Positions 45,301 to 57,056 of a stretch of 64,000 nt of DNA are shown one piece after another. The position numbers and the translations under genes are program-made. Within the stretch, counting starts at the first letter, position 1. Each line of letters starts with the position of its first letter. The DNA is taken from contig DF237250.1 in NCBI GenBank assembly GCA_000708835.1, positions 1 through 64,000 on the forward strand, read 5' to 3'. The DNA comes from Klebsormidium nitens (Eukaryota; Plantae; Klebsormidiophyceae). A model generated the notes under the pieces. It searched no databases and was not told the DNA's origin. It was given only the letters and a program-made list of their open reading frames with translations.

Positions 45301-46115
45301 ATCGAAAAGCAAGAAGAAGCCCTAATTTGGCGCCCCGTTTGCAGGCAGTCTCATCCACTCACTCAATAAGAACGAGCACGCCATCGCGCTAGCGGGCCCG
45401 ATGCACGACGAGCAGGGCCGCGTCCTCGACGATCTCGAGCACCGGGAGCCGTCCGATGGAAGCACCGAGCCCGCGATCGACGGCCTGGACGGCCGAAGCG
45501 TCGTGGCGGGCCGGAACAACGTTATCCTGTTGGGGGATCACCTGGGCGACCTGGGGATGTCGCGGGGGGTAGACGTGGACGAACAGATCAGCATCGCGTT
45601 TTTGTGAGTTGTTTCCCACTATTTTTTAGTGTCCTGTATTTTCGTTGTTTTTCCCGGTTATTTGTAAGCAATTGCATCCCTGTTCTCGCGTTACGACAAA
45701 TAGTAGCCCTCTCGGGTTCCTCCTGTTTACGCCATGTTTCCGTTGCTGGAGGAAGATGATAGATGTAGAGAGTTCAGCACGTAGCGTACAGAGGTGTATC
45801 TTGTACGCATAATCGATTTGTGTCTTCTCCGAAGGCTTGTCGACTGAATGCTTCTTTCGTTCTTTGAAGACCTTTGAAGTTGTCGTCTTCCTGCCCTGCC
45901 GCGCCTTTGCATTCGTTCTAGGGGACCAAGACTAGATTGACATTTCAAGTGAACGGCATCGCAAAAGAATCTTGACATTAGAAGGCAATCCGCTCCTCCG
46001 CAGGAATGACAAGGTGGAGGAGAATCTTGAAGTTTTTGCGAGCTCGTTCGACGTGGTCCTAATCGGCGACGGGTCGATGAAGGAGGTCATAACGATCGTT
46101 GAAGACATTCTTTAG
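42330..46115 (+). CDS. NT5C3: Cytosolic/pyrimidine 5'-nucleotidase III family (HAD, UMPH-1) with probable transit peptide; start uncertain
   Basis: LQIVSDFDMTLT (HAD motif I), YYPLEID..KVKLMEEW, LLEGGLT..VAFRE, VPVLIFSAGLADVLE..VVSNRMKF, LNKNEH, NVILLGDHLGDLGM, final exon to TAG at 46115; all GT-AG joins. Confidence 0.93.
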
Positions 46116-47393
46116 TGTCCATTTTGACAACTTCTGTGGTTGCCTCCCCTCCATTGTTGCAAAGGCGATTCTTAATGCACTTGTAACATTTCCGTCAAGA
46201 CATCCTACCAGAAGTTCGAAGCGAGATACGGCATGACTTTTCGCTCCATTCGTGCGCCATTGCCGCAAAGGTTGACGATGCCCCTTGGGGTATGGATCGC
46301 AGTCTTCCTCGACTTGCCGCGCGCCTGCAATCGAGTCAACTTCAAGCTAGGCCAAATAAGAGACATGATTGAGTCGAGCCTCGAGCCTGCACCGTCGCCG
46401 CATATTTGTTTGCATCAGTGAGCGGTCATTGAACAACCATCAGGTTTAAGCACCTGAACAAACGAGAAATACATGCATGGTTGCTGCTTGCCCGTACCAT
46501 CTCTATACATCCGCGTACTTATATACCGAGTTTGCCCGCGGGCCTTCCCGGATTGAGTCTATGGTCGGGATTCGCATACATGCGGCCGCCTCAGGGCCTG
46601 CATGGCCGGGCCCTTAAGATATGCGGACTCGAAGCCGCATGCAAAGGATTGCATGCATGACATGACACTCAGTAGCTAGCTCTCGTCTGAACCTAGTAAG
46701 CGCGCGCTAGTGACGTACCGTCAAACATTGATGGGTCTCCCGCTCACTGCAAGACTACATGGCGGCGCGGCCGTTTTACCGGAAATATATATTATGGCGA
46801 AGGGGCATGCATGAAATTCCACTTGCAAGGCGCCGGCTCTCCATACATCCTTGGTTTTTTAGTATATCGCACTCCAGTCGGATGGACCTTTCTCGATCTG
46901 ACGAGTACACAGAATGATTCAACCATCTGCCCTCCTTTATTGACCAGGTTCAATCATTTTAATTACTTCCATTACCGTCTTAAATCTACGGAACAATGTA
47001 CTTCCATATATATTTGCAGCCAGATTCTCAGGATATCGCATGTGGCCATCTCTGTTTACTGTATCGCCTACATCCGCCAGTCCCAATTTTCTATCTGTTA
47101 TAATAATGCTGAGCTGAACAGCGGACAGCAATCAATTTGACCCTCCCAAGCTATAATCCAAATGTATGCCAAATCCAAACACAACTATATATACAATTTA
47201 GTCTGCTTCACAATCTGTTGACCATACGTATCTCCTCTAATCTGTCGTCACAAATTGCTCATATGAGAGCGGAAGTACTACGTATGCTGCCTATAAGGAA
47301 GTGCCCGGTTGACCAATTATGTTGAAACATAAAATAGTACATTGCATACAGCAAGGCTTCTTCATGCACAGCCCCCCGCAAATTGCCGCGTTC

Positions 47394-50300
47394 TCAGTGC
47401 TTGAGAAGGTTGAGCAGGTACAGGCTCCCGGCGCACATGAGCACGGAGCCGGCGGTCAGGAACAGGTCCGTCGAGTTTTGGGGGTGCACCTTTTTGGACT
47501 TCTCGAACATCCCCACGAGCAGGATCATCACGATGACGTGGCCCAGCTTGGTCTTGAGGTCGTCCAGGCCGTTGATCGCGAGCCACGTGGGACGTTCCTG
47601 ATATTTTCAAGCATGGTTACTCAGGGTTACGAACCGACGCAGCTGAAGGCGGATCTTGACAACTGAGAGGTTCTCGTAAGCGGAACGTAATTTTGGAGGA
47701 GGAAAAGCGGGTCAGGGCATTTGGAGCAGAGACGTTCGAGAGAGCGGCGAGCAAATGCAGAGCGGGTGCGGGAAGATCCAGTTTGAGACTTGCTTTTGCT
47801 GTCAGTATATAGAGAAAAGGGAAGTGCCAGCAAAGTACGCCTCAAAAGCAAATTTGCAGCGCCCCCAGTGCTGCCTGAACGGCCAGAATGTCCTCGAAGA
47901 CGACCGTAAGTTTCTGAACTGTCGTAATTTGACGAGCCTGGCACCTGTACATGTTCAGGCCTAGACACTGAATCAAATGCACCATATCCGACCTCAAAAA
48001 GGATCAAAGGAGACGGCACACATACCTCGAGTCGGAAGAGGCCGAAAAAGCTTGAGTTGTGGTGTTCGACTTCGCCCGGCCCTTCCAACTTCATCACAAA
48101 GAGCTCATACAACCTGGCATGCAAGAGGTTTTAGGGTTTTAGGGTTCTAGGGTTTTAGCGTTTGAGTGTACAGTTCAGAAGGCCAACTTCTCGAAGGGCA
48201 AGATCATCGAGCGCTACCGCTCTGAGGCAACTCCCTGTTGCTTTCCAGAGCTGCTTCTCACTATCGGGGAGCTGTCTCGAGCATGGCTTTGCTTCCGGAT
48301 TACGCAACTTTCGGCGGGGTGGCACTGAGACGGAAGTCGCCCCAGGTGTTGCTGTTTCGCTTGTTCTGCCTGATTACTTCGGGCTGCGGCGCGTATGGAA
48401 TGTGGACGCCGGAAAGCTGGGTTAAGATTCGAGGAGGTCTATCGTTCTCAAGATGGTCGAATGTCCACCTTCTCAAAAGCAGATTAGGAAGGGAAGAAGG
48501 TCAAGTTCGACAACGAAACAGGAATAACTTCCTAACAGAGAGTCGTAAGAGACCGAGTCAACGCTGGCGTTCTTTATGCTGACGGCTCACATCGGACAGA
48601 TTTTCGACGGGAATATTTCCCTGGGCAAAGTATTTCTCGCAGACGGACGCTTTTCATCATAGAGCTGGTTGACACTGGGATTTTGCCTGGACAAATGTTG
48701 CTCTACCGGCAGACTTCCAAGTCGTTTAGGCAAAGGTTTAGAGGACCTTTGTGACAACTCAATGTGACTGCCCAGGCAGAGTTTGGTTCGTTAGGCTGTC
48801 TTCAAAGAAACTCACCCCATCCCAAAGATGAGCATGACGGTGCCAACAAGGTACGTATCTTCACAAGACCAAAAGCAGGGCGTCAATCGTTGTACATTGA
48901 TACATCTCAAGCGTTGCTGACGTCTCTGACTTCCCAAGTCCGCGTAATAGCCTGGCAGAAGCTTGCATCAAAGCATCGAAGTCTTTCCATAAAAACACGA
49001 GGTGAATGAATGACTCGATTGAACGCCCCATTGCCTGGTCCCAAGCAATCAGAACAAGGACACGCCCAAAATGACAAGGATTCCTGAGACTCAACTGGAA
49101 GCAAGATCTAGGTTACAACGACTTGTATACCCGAGCATGCTTCTAGCTCAACTGTGGTGGCAGATTGTATGCAGGCTGCGCTGCTGTCATGGATCCTCAT
49201 TTGAGAACTGCGAACGAACTTGACTTCAAGTAACCCCTACGAAGACCTCAACTTTGCATTACAGCGACCCCGGAGTGTGCATCAAACAGCCCCAGGCCTG
49301 TGAAGATGACATGGAGGTTCTTGTCTAGTCAGCTCACCAAGCGCTTCAATCAGCTTCATGACCACCTGGCCCTTGTCGTGAGCAATCATTATAAGGGCGA
49401 TGTAACCTTGCAAAGCCCTGAACACATAGTAGCTCCCCTGCATCCAAAGAAACCGGATGTCTTCAGACAGCAGCTTCAGATCCTGGCTAGATTATGAAAC
49501 AGAATATAGCCAGGGGCTGTTCCTCCTGAAGGTTTGCGTGCATTTTCAACAGGCCCTTTCTTTGAAAGCGGAAGGACACAGAGGGAGCGCACACCGACCA
49601 AACCGAACGGATCTCAGGACTGGACAAGTGCCCTTTCAGGAAATTGGAGACGCCACCCTCTATTCAGTTCCCTCAAGTAAGTTCAGGGTTAACTTACAAC
49701 GTTCTAGTGACTCCATCCCTGAAACAAATGTTGGCAATGTTATAAGGGAGCGCTGCACAATTGGATTTAAAAGAAGAGAAGAGGACTTTCTGTACGGGCC
49801 AACTTTCACTTAAGGACTTACATCAAATGTCAAAATGAGCCAATGCTTTCTAGGTCATAGAAGACTTACTTTGAGGAAGCAGAGGAAGGAACCGAGGAGC
49901 GATCCGGCAACGCCAGCAAGTGTGAAGAATCGGCAGTTGAAGATCATCTGCAAGTGTCATAAAAGGGCAGAAAGCTATCACATTGTGTGGGACAGAAGCA
50001 TGAGATTATTGGAAAGGCCCATTGACATGTTGACATGTAACGATTCAACCAGAACAAGTGGGGTAAATTTGATTGAGGTAAGTGGAGGTGGGAGCCAAAG
50101 AGAAAACAATTCCCGTATGTTCACTCACAGATCTCTGTACAGTTAGGCCAGGCAGGCAATGCAGGGAATTACACACGCTGTCAGTTTCAACAACGTTTTG
50201 GTAACTTCATCAAGCAGCTCTCAAGTCCTGATTAAGAGCAGGGGTCTAGGACAGTGGGAGCTGCTCTCTTCTTATTTAAAAGAATGCTCAGTAGTGGTCT

Positions 50301-50856
50301 CAATCTTTGACATTGTGCACTTTCCTAAGGCGACAGGCTAACCTTCCCCTTGCAATCTTGAATCATCCTTTACAATTGAAGAAGATGACTGCACGTCAAC
50401 ATGGTTAGCAACAACTGAGGCAATGCAACGCACCTGCTCAATCCACCGCTCTGTGGCCTTCTTCGCACGCACTGTGTTCTTTGCCTCCTCCCATTCATCC
50501 TGCGTCAGCTTCGTCTCTTCCTCCAAAACGACCAGGCCGCCAGGCTCCATGTGGACTCCATCCAGCACACTTGCCTGGATTGCACCAGTGCCCCCCCTCC
50601 CAATCCTTGAGCTGGACTTGGATTGCCAGGCTATGTTAGGTTGCTTGCCATAGAATGCTGTCTTGGTCAATGCATTCACAGGATTGGCAGCATTGTAAGA
50701 ACGATGACTGGCTCTCTTGGTGGACTTGAACGTTGAGCGGAGTCCTGCGTTGCTTGGGACTGACGCCTGGGGGCGTCTCCATTCAGAACAGATGAGGCTT
50801 TGGAGAGGTGACTGCAATGCAGCAGCCTTTGGTGCTGCGAGGACGCGAATTGACAT
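47394..50856 (-). CDS. UPF0114 (YqhA-like) membrane protein with plastid transit peptide
   Basis: Exon 1 ends ERWIEQ. Later exons: IFNCRFFTLAGVAGSLLGSFLCFLK (~49955-49870), GQVVMKLIEAL (~49440-49340), TYLVGTVMLIFGMG (~48860-48816), LYELF..SSFFGLFRLE (~48113-48027), ERPTWLAINGLDDLKTKLGHVIVMILLVGMFEKSK..LKH stop. Confidence 0.9.
48129..48160 (+). repeat. Interstitial telomere-like array (TTTTAGGG)x4, two units degenerate
   Basis: TTTTAGGG TTTTAGGG TTCTAGGG TTTTAGCG inside an intron of the UPF0114 gene. Confidence 0.8.
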
Positions 50857-51168
50857 CTTAGAAGGTTTCTGGACACTACACCAGCTGATCAGCAGAGCAC
50901 TCTTTCAAGTTTCAGTTCAATGCTGTGCTCCGGATTTCAGGTGAGATCACCCCTTGCGCAATTTCGACAGCCGGACAGGTAGTGCCAGGCAGATCTGCGA
51001 ATATGCAGCTGCAGGATGGAAGGAAGCCCCGCTTTGGAAGGGAGCCCTGTGCCGCCAAAATCGAGCTACCTATGTGGAACAGCCAAGCTGAGCCCAGCTC
51101 CAGCTTCTGCTTGCACTGCAGCAGATCTCCGCAAAGTTGTGAGGTGAAGGCTGACGTCATTGCGTGCC

Positions 51169-54100
51169 ATGTGGAGCACATGGCTTTGGGGGCCGTTCGA
51201 TGAAGCGTTCGGAACCTCATCTAGGGCCCCTAGTAGGGGAGTGCGAGCGTTCGGACCTCGCCGGCAAGGCGCATTCACACCACAACTTGGAGAAGTTAGA
51301 ACCAGCTTTAGCCATGCAGGGCAGCTGAGTCCTGACTGGGCGGATATCTGCTGCAACGTTCTTCGGCTTCAAGTTCAATTGGGCGCCTGCCAGTCACTTT
51401 TCCATTTTGCTTGGACGCTGCTTACCTACAGGTACTTCCCCCAGCAAGTACTCTCTTCAGCTTTCAGGTTTTCAACAGTAGAGCGCGACGTTGGGCTTTG
51501 GAAACGCAGCATCTGGCAATGAGGACAGTTGACTTCAGTTTCATGCATTCTAGTCGGTTGTGCAGAAAGAAGGTGTAGCGCATGCCTTCGTAGATTGCCA
51601 AAGCCCTGCCAAAGATTCAAATTGCACAACCAGCATTACCACCTGTTTTTGACTGAGAAAAGCAATTGTTTTCTGCCAGCTTTTCCGCTCACTTGACAAG
51701 AGTCCGCCGCTGAACCTTGCAGACTAGCCTTTGCATAAACAAGCCACATCATTGAAAATGTCACCAGGGCGACAATTGGCACGCTTGGCGGTTGCACATG
51801 TAAGTTCAAAAGGGCTACGTCCCCTCTTTCTTCGGTGCGCCTAATTCGTGCACGTTACTTTTGAGTGTAAAGTTTCTGGTACAACCGACCTTGTTGAAAG
51901 ATTCGCTGCTGCAGTTGGTGGTGGCAATCGATATCTACTACTTATTCGCTCCCCTTATTGTACGCTTGATTGAATTTGACCGCAGGAAGTGGTGGTCGAA
52001 TCACTTTTTTGCTTGTGCACTTTGCACTCATCATGTCCTTCAAGCACAGGTTACAACTTAGTAAGCTCCATGGTCCTTCCTGCAGGTCCGGAAGATCCAT
52101 GCAGCAGCAGCAAAAGCAGGGCCGGCGCCTTCTGCGGCGAATTGGTTAGCCGGTAGGCCATTTCAAGCCATTTTGTTTGTGAATATGCTGGAGATTTCAG
52201 CAAGACAAGGTGCCCTTATTGCATCCCGTGTCCAAAGTTCCTTGTCAACACATCAACCTGTCTGTTCAGTGGGGCAATGTGTTGGCACCACCGCTTCGTC
52301 AATTGGTCATGCAACTTTGAGCGGCAGCTCCCCCGGGTCCATTCCGGGTGACCTTGTGGTGCGCAAACGTCAGTGATCCCAAACTTGGTTGCGAGGAAGT
52401 CAAGCTGCGGAGACATGCCAATCAAGAAAGACAGCGGGGCTGTGACATACCAAATGCAACAAGGCACAGAACTGAAACAGTACCTGTAGGTTAGTATTTG
52501 TTAGTTTAAATAGGTAGTAGTCATCTCCAGGACGACCCAAGTACATAGTTAGATATGCTGACCAATGTCTTCAGGGAGTGTCTTGCCTACCAGATATCTG
52601 CACCAACCAGATTCTATCCTTTTTCAGGTGGGGCAGCACTTAGTGCCGCAGAATGCCAAGTGGCAGCGTCTCAATGGCCTGCCCAGGGGATCTTCCTGCC
52701 ACAGTTCTTGCGAAGCACCGTCGCAATGGGCTCTTCCAGGATGGACGTTGTCCCCATTCACTGGACCCTTGTACAGAGGAGCTTCACTTCGAGCGCAGCA
52801 CGAATGGCGACTGCAGAGTCCAATAAAGCATCGGAGGTGGGTAGATATACCTCTTAACATATCCAAGATACGATATCAGTGTCGGCTTACATTCAAATGT
52901 GAGGCGCAGTGGTTGGTCGACCTACAGCGAGGCTGGAAAGCTTGCGCAGAGAGAGTCTGATGCCGAAGTCGAAGATTCTCACTGTGCTTCCACAAAACTA
53001 GTTCATACTCCAAGAAGTTCGCCCAAGTCAGGAGAGAAGGCCCAAGCTTTTGCGTTTTGTCTGCATCGTGGAGAAGATGTTCTCCTCAGAGGGACTTCTG
53101 GAATAGCAAGCCTTGCTGCAATGCCTGCTGCCAATCTATCGACCTTCCAGGCTTCTCATGGTGCTGGACGGCGAAGCTTCATGTTGCTTTTCCGTGATCC
53201 CTGAAAGGGGTCGGTCTCAAAAATGGCATCAGTAGCTGGGTGTAGCGAAACCCCTCCGGGCTTGACTGTTCAAATCCTTTTTTAAGATCAGGGCGCTTTC
53301 TACCGCAGGAAGCGGCGCGACGAGACAGCGAGTTGCAGCAGGCGGAGGATCCGTTCGACACCATCACCGACCGGATTCCGGAGAAGCCCGTCTCGGTGGC
53401 GGAGGGGGCGTCGTACACAGTAGTCATTGTCGCGTTCTTGGGGCTCGCGGCGGCCGCCATGTTCTATGTCGCTAAGGAGCTGCTGATCGAGCCGAAAGAG
53501 TGAGCGTTCTTCTGAGATTCGTGGTATTCTTGTGCTACAATGTTCGTTCGGGACCGCAAAACAACATGGGGTCAGAGCGTTCCTGGGGCTTGCGGCAGCC
53601 GTCATGTTCTACGTTGCAAAGGAGCTGCTGATTTAACCAAAAGAGTGAGCGGTCTTCTAAGAATTCTGCCCTTTGCGTGCAACAATCTCCGTTTGGGGAG
53701 CGCCAAAATAGTTGAGCTGCGTTTCTGATCTGTTAGACATCCGCAGAGATAGAAGTGGAGGAAAGAATGAATGGACGTGCTTATAGCTAAGTTTCATCTT
53801 CTGCAGACAATGCCTTAGCGTAGCTTAATTCTGTCAAGGGGGTAGTCATCATTACCTGAGCACTTGCAGCGGTATGAGTGGTCGACATGGGTAAAAATTC
53901 CGAATTCTCCCTCCCAGACGCTGTCAAACTCCGCCTCCAGGATGGAATTGGGGAGTTCGCGGGTTTGAATCGACACCATCACAGCGAATGTCGTCCGGGA
54001 ATCGCTAGAAAAGAATTGCATTTTTTCCTCGGTGTTCGTTGGGATTTCTTGAAGCACGCTTTCGGGGAAATAAATTCGTACAATTCGCTTCTCTCTCCAC

Positions 54101-55496
54101 TTTGAAAGGTGGCACTGGCTTTGTTATCATGGGGCGTCCCTGACGCACCCCACCGTTCGCGCAGGTACAAGGTGTTCAACAAGGCCCTAGACCGAGTTAA
54201 AAACGACAGTCAAGTAAGAACCGTTCTCGATCTTCTTCCTGCTTGTTGTGTTCGTTACCAATTCAGTTTGTCCTCATTGTGGTCGTTCGACGTCAAGTCG
54301 AGCCCGCAGTGAGGTCCTGCCTGTACCCTCCGCTTCCCTCCGTCCAGTCACGGCGATCAGAGGAACGGCTATCTTACGGACAGAGGTGCTGGCCAATGCT
54401 CTGGCTTCCTGCGATGACGTTGCTTCGTCTGGATCAGCTGTGTACGATTCACTCCTTGTCCTTTTCAACGGGGTTGCCACGTCGGTGTACACCGACGGGC
54501 ATGCAATCTCCCGAGGAGGATCTTGCCCGGAATCTTCTACAGACGATTTATTATAATAAGTTTACTGCATTGGACTTTGTGTTCCCGGAAGCAATCCAAC
54601 AACATCTGACCGATTTGTTTCACTTCCAGGTCGCGGTGCGAATAGGACGGCCGATCACGGGGTACGGTTCGGAGAGCCGAAACCGTGCTGCGCGGCAACG
54701 GATCCGGCACAATATCACGAAGGATGAGGACGGAACGGAACGCGTGCAGGTGAGGTAGTACATTTTTGTCTCTTCCCTCTTCCACGCCTTCACCCTTCAC
54801 TGCGTCCATTTTTTCTACCGCAATCACAGCTCTCATGAGCGGAGTCGCTTACTTCCTGTTTCTTCAGCGCGATGCTCTACTTTTCTTTACCGTTACGAAT
54901 TAAGTAGGAGCCAAGGCGTATGTCTGTGAGTTGAAGGTAGATCGCGAGCCGTTATCGTTCTTCATGTGCAGCATACTTGCAATTGGAGAATGTGCAGCTT
55001 CGATCAATGTCATTCAGGTCTCTCAACAAAGCCGCTAAATAAGGCTTGCCAGCCGAGAGGGATGCAGTTTGTCTAGCAAGGTCTTGCAAGTCGGACCCGA
55101 GCATGGGTCCTGCTTTGCCGGCCCTTGCGCTGGCGTCTCCATGTTTCAGAGGCATGACTTTGATTGTTACACATGGTTAAGCCTCTCGTTGGGACCGCCC
55201 CGCACCAGGCTTCCCGCCTTCATCAATCAGCGCCTGTTGTCAAAAACCCGGCTCTTAAGCAGCACTTAAAAGAGACATAGTCGGCCGACTGACATCCCTG
55301 CCTCGTTCCCTTCTCGCAGGTGCAATTTTTCCTTCGGGGGCCGAACGGGACGGGCATGGTGACCTCGGAAATGTTCAAAGATCAAGAGACGCGGGACTGG
55401 CAGTTCACGTATCTCATAGTCGACATCACTTCGCCAGTTCCGTCTCGCTTGATGCTCGAGTCCTACCTCGGTGGGCCTGCTGGTGCCGGCGGCTGA
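51169..55496 (+). CDS. TIM21: Mitochondrial inner membrane translocase subunit TIM21; 5' exon(s) uncertain
   Basis: DPFDTITDRIPEKPVSVAEGASYTVVI..KELLIEPKE (~53306-53499), YKVFNKALDRVKND (~54165), RIGRPITGYGSESRNRAARQRI (~54630-54750), FFLRGPNG..EMFKD..WQFTYLIVDI..LMLESYL (55320-55496); presequence-like exons at ~52086-52152 and ~52629-52837. Confidence 0.9.
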
Positions 55497-57056
55497 TTGG
55501 CTCACTGAATCTGGTGCATCGCTTTGGGGCCTCGATACTTCGAGATGTTGCAAATACACAGATTTCCCTGACACGAGATCAATCCTGTGGGCATGGCTTA
55601 CATTGGGCGTTGCATTTCGAAGCTCCAGAAATGCTCATTCTGATCAGTGAGTCCGAGTATTTTTGAGAAGGACCAAATGCAATGCAAGTTCAGCGAAAGT
55701 GGGCCTGCAAGAACGTCCATTTCCTGGAGTCGACATGCGTGTCCTACGCCCACTTTAAAACCGGGCGTCCAAAGGCTATGTTCCGGGTCGAGTCATGCAT
55801 GCTGATGTCAACTAATTGTTACTTTCAACGGTTAGGGCCGCATGCCACCACATTTTACTGCACGTCGATCCGTCCCCGCTCTACAACCCAAGCGTGCTGC
55901 AAGTAGCAACCACCGGCCTGCAAAGTGGTTTGGCCGAGTGAATTCAAGAATTCTAGCTGCCACCACAATTCCGGATCATTCGGAAACGGATAATTTTCCC
56001 GTAGCATCCGCATGCACCAAGTGCCAGTTTCTCAACAAGAATAACTTCTTGTTCTGCCAGTGACATGCTAGCTAATTCGAGTTAAGCATGAATGTGATAT
56101 TGCATGGGTGACACCTACCTTAGCCTCTATGGCCCCTGGCCCGGTGCCCGTCCGATCATAGGCGGGACTCCAGACTTGCTGGGTCATTGTATGTCAGCCT
56201 CTGCCTACGGCTCCCAATTATTTGAGTAGATTGCTACCGCTAGCGGTTACGGCTCTTGCAGATCGCCGTCGGAGCTTGCCAACCGCAGTGTGTGATGTAT
56301 GATCTAAACCACATGCCTAGCTTGCGAGCCATGCAACGACGGCGACGCTCCACGTGTCAGATCTCGAGTCCGCCGGCCAGTGTTCATTCTATTCTTCTCA
56401 GCACGCACCTACAGAGATGCAATTGTCAGTAGAGCATCGACCTTTGTAAGAAATGGTCGCATATGCACATCTCCAGCCTCTTGACATGGATCGATCGCTC
56501 ATGATGACGACATCAAAGTCCTCGTGAAAGATCTGCCTGCTCACTTGAATAAACCTCAGCGGCCGTATAGGCTGTATTTCAACTAGACGAGGTTTTCAAG
56601 GTCACGTCTTTGGCTTAGTAACAAACGGCCATGAACACTTAATCTGAAGAGCAACGTATTGTAGTAGTCATACTATGTCTATGAACCAATAATTCCCTGC
56701 TTTCCCACCTCGAAACTTCCGTCTACACAAAGTGGGACCGACAGAGTCGCATCCAGCGCAGCTGGACCAGTTGGTGCGTTCGTGCGTCTGTTAAGTCCTT
56801 CCTGCTCGGGAATACGAGGCCCTTGAATCATCCCTTACGAGCTTAAACGGACTAGCCCATCAGCAGCCATGCCTTACCTTCTTGTGCATACAAGGCTCTT
56901 AGCTGATGCTAGGGTAATCCTCTCCTGCGCTCTTTTATCAAACACGTCCTGTCGGCCATTTGTTATCCAAAGGAGAGTTCCCTACAGACATCTCGTAAGC
57001 TAGCCGCCTGCGCTTCCCCTTCCCTGATCATAAAGAAGCGGAGCAAGCCTGCAGCC

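Noticed and set aside
46440-46810. Palindrome-dense intergenic stretches (also ~32280-32600 and ~56000-56500) as MITEs or synthetic polylinker
   Set aside because: No terminal inverted repeats, target-site duplications or vector features found.
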